A stretch of DNA of 64,000 nucleotides, from the NCBI GenBank assembly GCA_951406725.2, contig OX597826.1, positions 13,330,001 to 13,394,000 of the forward strand, in the 5' to 3' direction. Shown one piece after another: positions 54,259 through 64,000 of the stretch. Both the position numbers and the translations under genes were made by a program. Under the pieces are notes generated by a model. That model was not told the DNA's origin, ran no database searches, and saw only the letters and a program-made list of their open reading frames with translations. The stretch comes from Octopus vulgaris. Taxonomy: Eukaryota. Positions within the stretch are counted from its first letter, which is position 1. Each line of letters opens with the position of its first letter.

Positions 54259-55399
54259 GAAGAAAGTGAGAGAGAGGGAGGAAGAAAGAGATAGAGGGAT
54301 TCATGGAATGTTCTTTAAGCATACAATCACAACTCACTTTGAGCAAACCAAATACAAAAAATAACAACAGTGACAAGAATATTAGTTTCAAGTTTTGGCA
54401 CAAGGCCAGCAATTTCGGGGGAAGGGATAAGACGTATACATCGACCCCAGTGTTCAGCTAATACTTATTTCATTGACCCCGAAGGGACGAGAGGCAAAGT
54501 CGAACTCTGCGGGATTTGAACATAGGACGTAAAGGCGGACGAGATGCCGCCGAACATTTTATTCGGAGTGCTAACAATTCTGCCAGCTCGCCGACATAGC
54601 AGGGACAAGAATATTAATAAGAACAATATCAACTATTGTTCAACAAGATCAATATCAACTAGATCACTATATCAACAAGATCAATGTCAACTATTAAGGC
54701 GGCAGCTGGTAGAAACGTTAGCACGCCGGGCGAAATGTGTAGCCGTATTTCGTCTGCCGTTACATTCTGAGTTCAAATTCCGCCGAGGTCAACTTTGCCT
54801 TTCATCCTTTCGGGGTCGATAAATTAAGTACCATTTACGCACTGGGGTCGATGTAATCGACTTAATCCGTTTGTCTGTCCTTGCTTGTCCCATCTGTGTT
54901 TATCCCCTTGTGGGTAGTAAAGAAATAGGTATTTCGTTTGCCGTTACGTTCTGAGTCGCGATATCCGGAAATCTTCCAAATTTGTAAAACATCCTTACGA
55001 TTCAAAGGATGAACACTTGCACAACAGACGATAACAATTTCCTATTTGTTAAAACTTTGCCACCAGGAATGTGGCCAGTCAAAACTAAACTAAAAACTAA
55101 GGGTAAAAATGAACACACACACACACGGATCCCCCCCACCACCACCATTCAGCATCAGACGTGAAGGCGCAGTGGACTGCTTATAAAATATCTTTGAAAC
55201 ATTTTCTTCTACATTTATGCCGACTTCTCCAGCCTAAAACAGTAACGGGCTTACTTGCCCGATGATACACAAGAAAAACACCTTTTGCTTACCAACGTAG
55301 CGTCGTTATTCAGATCTGATTTTAAGAATACACCATATACCACGTAGAATTTCGCAAACACGATCATAGTTGAAATTAATAACAATACCACCAGCGAAA

Positions 55400-58150
55400 A
55401 CAGCACTACATACTAGTAAGCTTTATAAAATATGTTAAGTATTCCTTTAATTATACTTGGACTCTACATATAAACCATTATTTAAAACAGAAATAGCAAA
55501 CCGTCGTGAAAACTAGCCAAAATCTGCCAGAAGAGACTTCGAAAAATAATGTAAACAAACCGCCCCCATTATTAAATTCTAGTATCTCTCCAAATGTAGC
55601 TGAGTCAATATATTCAAGTAAGAAATATCCTGAAACCATAGCTCGTAGAAAACTTTCCTGCTTTGGCGAAACTATCGTTAAGCGATAGGCCATTCTTAAG
55701 ATTAAGAAAAAACTAACAGCTCTAATGTTAAAAGTTATCAGTGATGTCGCTGAAGAGCACATGGAATCATGTGATATTAATTTCTAGAGTGAGGATATTA
55801 ATATACTCTCATATACACAGCTGCTATCACTCTTAAGGAACACCTAGGAGAAATCTGCAGAATACATGGTAATGAAACTACTAAACGGAAGCAACCTAGA
55901 TGAAAAACAGACCTTGAAGGAAACATCAACATTTTACGCCGCTATATGTGATAGCAAACTATGATAATAAAATGTAAAAGAAATAATGAGTTTACACCTC
56001 ATCAATTACATCTTATGAGCAAATTAACAAAACTCCATAGTAATTCTTCACACCAAGGTCTTGAGAGAAGGTTAATTATACTAAAACACAAACTCAGTGC
56101 GCTGAGCGAAAGTCTTCGGTACTGTAGGCGAATTTTACTTCTAACCGACTGACATTATATAAACATATGAGGAAGGAAAATATTAACGTTGAGAAAGACC
56201 CCTCTCAAGAACATCTTGAATCATACTGATTGAAAGTCTTGAACGAAAAGAGGGAGCTCAAACTCAATGCACCGTGGCTAAATGCAGTAAGGAGAGAAAT
56301 CTGTGCCAACATCAACTGTAAAACATATGCAACTGACCCGGAAACTTTCAGCATTTCAGTAGGCAAACATCCTAATGGGAAGGCACCTGGAAGGGACCTA
56401 ATAGTTGGATACTGATATAAGAGGCTGACATTTTACAGTTAACCACTAATATGTATATTCAGAAGCACAATGGACGGTCAGATTGTTATACCAAATTGGT
56501 TTGCTATAGCACGGACAAATCCCGTATCCAAGAATGAAACCGCCGAGTTGGCTGAAAACTATAGGCCTATTGCTTGTCTAAGTATTATATACAAATTGTA
56601 CACAAGATGCCTCAACCAATTCTTCCAGAATCACTATGAATCAAATAATATAGTGACTGATGGGCAATCACTGTGCTTTTGGACTGATGAGCGGAATGGA
56701 ATTTGGCCTAAAGAAATGTTCATATTTGATTGTTTAACAGGAAAAAATTACTCTCCCAGATCCCACAATGGTCTCATTATCTCACCCGTCCCACAGAAAT
56801 AATGCTATAATTACCCAGACATTGATATCATACGAACGTACTTTAAATAAATATAGAGTGACCCAAGAATATTATATCAGACTTAGAAAAATATGGCAGT
56901 CGGAAGTCTCCTCTAACAGCATGGCAATATTCCACATTTGGGATACTTGACTTGTCTGTTGAAGAAATCCACTCCATAGATGTGAAACCCGCAAGATACT
57001 GACATCAATTTCGAATCTCCACAGAAATAGTAATATCCACAGGATCCTACCTAAGAAGAGATAAAGGAGGTAGGGGCATGAGATCAGTGCAGACACCCTT
57101 TGAATGTCGCAGTTTCTCTCAGACAGATCTTGCTAAATAACAGGAACAAAAATAAACACATTTAATGTGTTTATACTGAAAAGTGAAGAAAATAATGTCC
57201 TTCGTGTCGGCAGCGAGCAACTCAGAAAGTACTCGCTTCCTTAGGACCTCCTATACAAAAGATCCGGTCTAACATAAAAAAAAAGCTGGAGGTGAAATGC
57301 TCAGCATATACACACACACAAACGACAATGCATGGGCATGTTTGCTGTAGACTTGAAAAAAAACACCAACTTTGACATGAAGCGAAGTCTTTCTTTGACT
57401 CGTACCCGCTACGTCATGTCACATTTCCAAGGCTATGCATTTGAAGACCAAAAAGTGGAGATTGTTAATAAATACCTAATAATACAAAAGAGACAGTGAC
57501 GTCCTTGGAGTACCAAGAGGCAACCGAAAATGTAGATCATGTTATATTTCTGTGGGAGACGTGTCACTCATGTGATTAAAATGTCATCAAAGTACTACCA
57601 AAAATGTCATGAAGGTACTACCTCCCTATGGGACACGACGTTGTCACGAAAACGATATACATAACCATCCGGAAAGAAGACTGCCATGGAATAAATTGTA
57701 AAGAATACTCCGTTATTGAATTTTAGCACCAGGAATACTGGTGGAACATTCCTTTCAAAATATCTTCGAAGTGTAATCATAAGAGGCCAGATGTTGTTGC
57801 TTGGGACAGACAAGAAAAAGTGTGTACCATCATAAAGGTCAGCGGTCATGCAGGTGTGAATAGCTCTTTGAAGATCAAAGAGAAAGAAGATAACTATCGA
57901 CATCCACTTCAAAACTTCCAGGTTCTATGTCCAGATTATGAATTTATATTTATACCAATCATAATTGGTTTTGTAAGTAAATGCCTAACTGTCCGTCAAG
58001 ATAAGCTTTCAAGTCTGTAAGCGGAATAGTGAAAATATGCAAGAGTTTTCTCGGGTTTAAAATGTGATATTGCTTTTGTTATCAGCATTCCAGCGATGGA
58101 TCTTTATATCTTTGTCAGAGACCAGCTCCGTCTCGAAAGGAAGAATTTAA
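55400..58150 (+). mobile_element. Decayed R4/Dong-like LINE (RT plus restriction-like endonuclease)
   Basis: NGKAPGRDLIVGY*YKRL and AENYRPIACLSIIYKLYTRCL (RT domain 0/1), YYLPMGHDVV.K.IY, EYWWNIP, HKRPDVVAWDRQEKVCTII and FIPIIIG. Stops, frameshifts and internal deletions. Confidence 0.85.
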
Positions 58151-58674
58151 ATGATTAAAAACAAAAAAGAACACATACACACACCCTATATATATTTTAC
58201 TATTCAAACAAGAAAATTTTGTATGTGTGAGTTTTTGTGTGGGCCATTTCGGTTATATGTGAGTCTGTATGTGTTTTTTTTTTTATTACCCACAAGGGGC
58301 TAAACATAGAGGGGACAAACAAGGTCAGACAAACGGATTAAGTCGATTACATCGACCTCAGTGCATGACTGGTAATTAATTTATCGACCCCGGAAGGATG
58401 AAAAGCAAAGTCGACCTCGGCGAAATTTGAACTCAGAACGTAACGTAAGACGAAATACGGCTACGCATTTCGCCCGGCGCGCTAACGGTTCTGCCAGGTC
58501 GCCGCCTTGATGTGAGCCTGTATGTGTGACTATTGTATCTCTGTGCGTACATGTCTGTATGAATGCATGAGTGTGTTTGAAAGCATGTTTTTTTTTAGCA
58601 AACACTATGTGTCTTATGTTGTTAATAATAAATTAATTGAAATTCAAAACGTAATTTTGGACGATTAAATCACA

Positions 58675-58726
58675 ATTATGACGTCATAATACTGAAGTCA
58701 GAAAAACGCGATATTTTCCCTCATTC
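58675..58726 (+). promoter_or_regulatory. Putative promoter of paralog 2 (CRE palindrome plus Inr-like motif)
   Basis: ATTATGACGTCATAAT at 58675-58690, then TGAAGTCA and TCATTC as in paralog 1. Confidence 0.55.
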
Positions 58727-58842
58727 ATTTGCGATACTTTGGCCATTGCTAACAGTTAACTTCTTGTAGGTTACTATTACAATCCATTGATTTGCGTTAA
58801 CATATTTGCTAATAGCTTGTTTGTTTTAATAGATATAACCAA

Positions 58843-62183
<3,341 letters not shown>

Positions 62184-62307
62184 ATTAGGTAAGTTATGAT
62201 TGCATATTTTGCAGTGTTAAAATACCAATATTTGATCCTATGTGATTTATACATCGATATGTTATACATACACACAGGTTTGGTACAATTATCTTCATTG
62301 TTTACAG

Positions 62308-62600
62308 ATATGTCAAGCACTTTGACCGCTGTGAGATTTGAATAGAGAAGCTGCCATACCTATACAGCACAAAAGACTTGTCCTACGTTCTAATGAACCT
62401 GAATATTCAACAGCATAGCTGAACAGCTAAAGAGAACACCATCAGAGTTATCCGGCCCAGGGTGCCAAATATGAAGAACACCCTGACCTTTTTTGTTAAG
62501 GTTAAACATTTTTTCGTAAATAAACGAAAAGGGGATGCAACTATCCGAATGACTGGAAACTTCTGGACATATTTTTTATAAAAGATAAAAATCATATTCT
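62308..62600 (+). other. Terminal exon 5 of paralog 2
   Basis: Donor TAG|GTAAGT at 62188, acceptor TTACAG| at 62307, AATAAA at 62519. Confidence 0.7.
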
Positions 62601-62794
62601 TTTTTTTTACTTATTTATATAACTTGCAGAGTATGGCATCTGAGTATAGGTGTCTGCTAGTTTTCGATTTTGCATAGTTTTCGATTTTAGGACCAGAAGA
62701 AATATTCTCTCCCTCACTATTTCTCTCTGTACTCCTCATATAATGTGACCGCGTGTGTATCGTCTTCTCTTCCTTGGATTTTTCCTTTTCCTAT

Positions 62795-62828
62795 TTTTCT
62801 GACGAAGAGCTCCGCTCGAAACGTTAAA
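62795..62828 (+). ncRNA. Minimal type I hammerhead ribozyme-like motif within a Penelope-type repeat (about 62700-62932)
   Basis: TTT-CTGACGAA-GAGC-TCC-GCTC-GAAA-CG-TT-AAA: core boxes, 4-bp stem II, palindromic AACGTT stem III, short stem I. Confidence 0.6.
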
Positions 62829-63589
62829 TCTTCCTCCTTTCTTTCCTTTCCTGAGCGTCCAATAACACTATACTTGTTCCACGTCCTCGCGTTGCTGTGT
62901 TTTCTCTTTGTGTTTTCATGTTTGGATTAACTATATATATATATATATATATAGATTCATACACACATACACATACACACGCGCACACACGCAGACACAC
63001 ACATACATACATATACAGATGTAACAGTATCCAGCATTTGAAACCCTATCAGTTCAATAACCGGCGAAGACCACGGCATATGAAGTTTCCGTATTTGGTG
63101 GCGACTGTCTCCATCAGATGAATTTGAGACCCATATTTCAACCGTGCTTTTGTATTCGTGAGGTGTCAAGATTAATGGAAAATTCCTGGTTAGCTGGAGG
63201 CTATGCCGTTCCGACCTCGTGTTAAAAAGATTATCTTTCGCCAAGCACCAACACTTAACATTCTCACCTCTCTCCAAGCATGCATTCTCACACTGTAATA
63301 ACTGGTTTACAGCATTGTAGCGTTTTTTTATAGTAATAACTGTATATAAATCTGTAATGAAAGTGTGTGTGTATATGTTTGTGTGTCTGTGTTTGTTCCC
63401 CTAGCATTGCTTGACAACCGATTCTGGTGTGTTTACGTCCCCGTCACTTAGCGGTTCGGCAAAAGAGATCAATAGAATAAGTACTGGGCTCACAAAGGAT
63501 AAGTCCCGGGGTCGATTTGCATGGCCGCAGTCAAATGACTGAAACAAGTAAAAGAGTAAAAGAGTAAAAGAGTATATATACATAAAAAA

Positions 63590-63835
63590 ATAAATACACC
63601 CTTTTAAAGCCTAGCCAGGCTCATGGGCCTAGTTTCCCAGTTTCTATGGCGTATGTGCTTCCCAGCTGGACGGGACGCCAGTCCATCGCAGCGTTACTCA
63701 TTTTTGCCAGTTGAGTGAACTGGTGCAACGTGAAATGAAGTGTTTTGGAAACAACGCGTTGCCCGGTCCAGGAATCGAAACCACAATCTTACGATCATGA
63801 TGCTGACACCCTATCCACTAAGCCACGCGCCTTCA
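63590..63835 (-). mobile_element. SINE group C, alternative head with tail type 2
   Basis: Minus strand GAAGGCGCGTGGCTTAGTGG...GGTTTCGATTCC head. The tail GGCGTCCCGTCCAGCTGG...CCCATGAGCCTG is shared with 48003-48315. Confidence 0.75.
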
Positions 63836-64000
63836 CACATATATATACATACATATAAATAAATAAATGGCGTTAAGCGCTTAACTCCATTTATTTATTT
63901 ATATATATTGTACGAAATATTTCACATCAACTCGGAGTTTCTACCTTTACAAACAGGGTGTTGCGTCCCTATTGCTTGTGTGATTTTTTAGCTGCCCTGG

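Overview
Eukaryotic (animal) genomic DNA, AT-rich and dense in microsatellites and transposons. The tRNA-derived SINE families look like those of octopod cephalopods, which is an inference. Almost all ORFs in the supplied track are microsatellite or SINE artefacts. The only intact host genes I can support are a tandem pair of spliced orphan paralogs on the + strand (CDS 45800-48728, 162 aa; CDS 58843-62183, 161 aa). They have identical exon phases, a shared CRE-palindrome promoter, a mosaic identity pattern suggesting gene conversion, and a UAG stop followed by an in-frame downstream exon. A 2.6-kb fossil + strand coding region (about 14230-16800) is built from three about 300-codon repeats. 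It diverged with synonymous-type changes but carries many TAA/TAG codons at homologous positions. The mobile DNA comprises three SINE groups (one with shuffled head/tail modules), mariner relics, R4/Dong-like and RTE LINE relics, non-autonomous Helitrons with a flip-flop terminal hairpin, MITEs (one carrying TTAGGG repeats), and Penelope-like elements with a GIY-YIG ORF, an inverted repeat and several hammerhead-ribozyme-like motifs. Repeat boundaries are approximate, and all alignments were done by eye.
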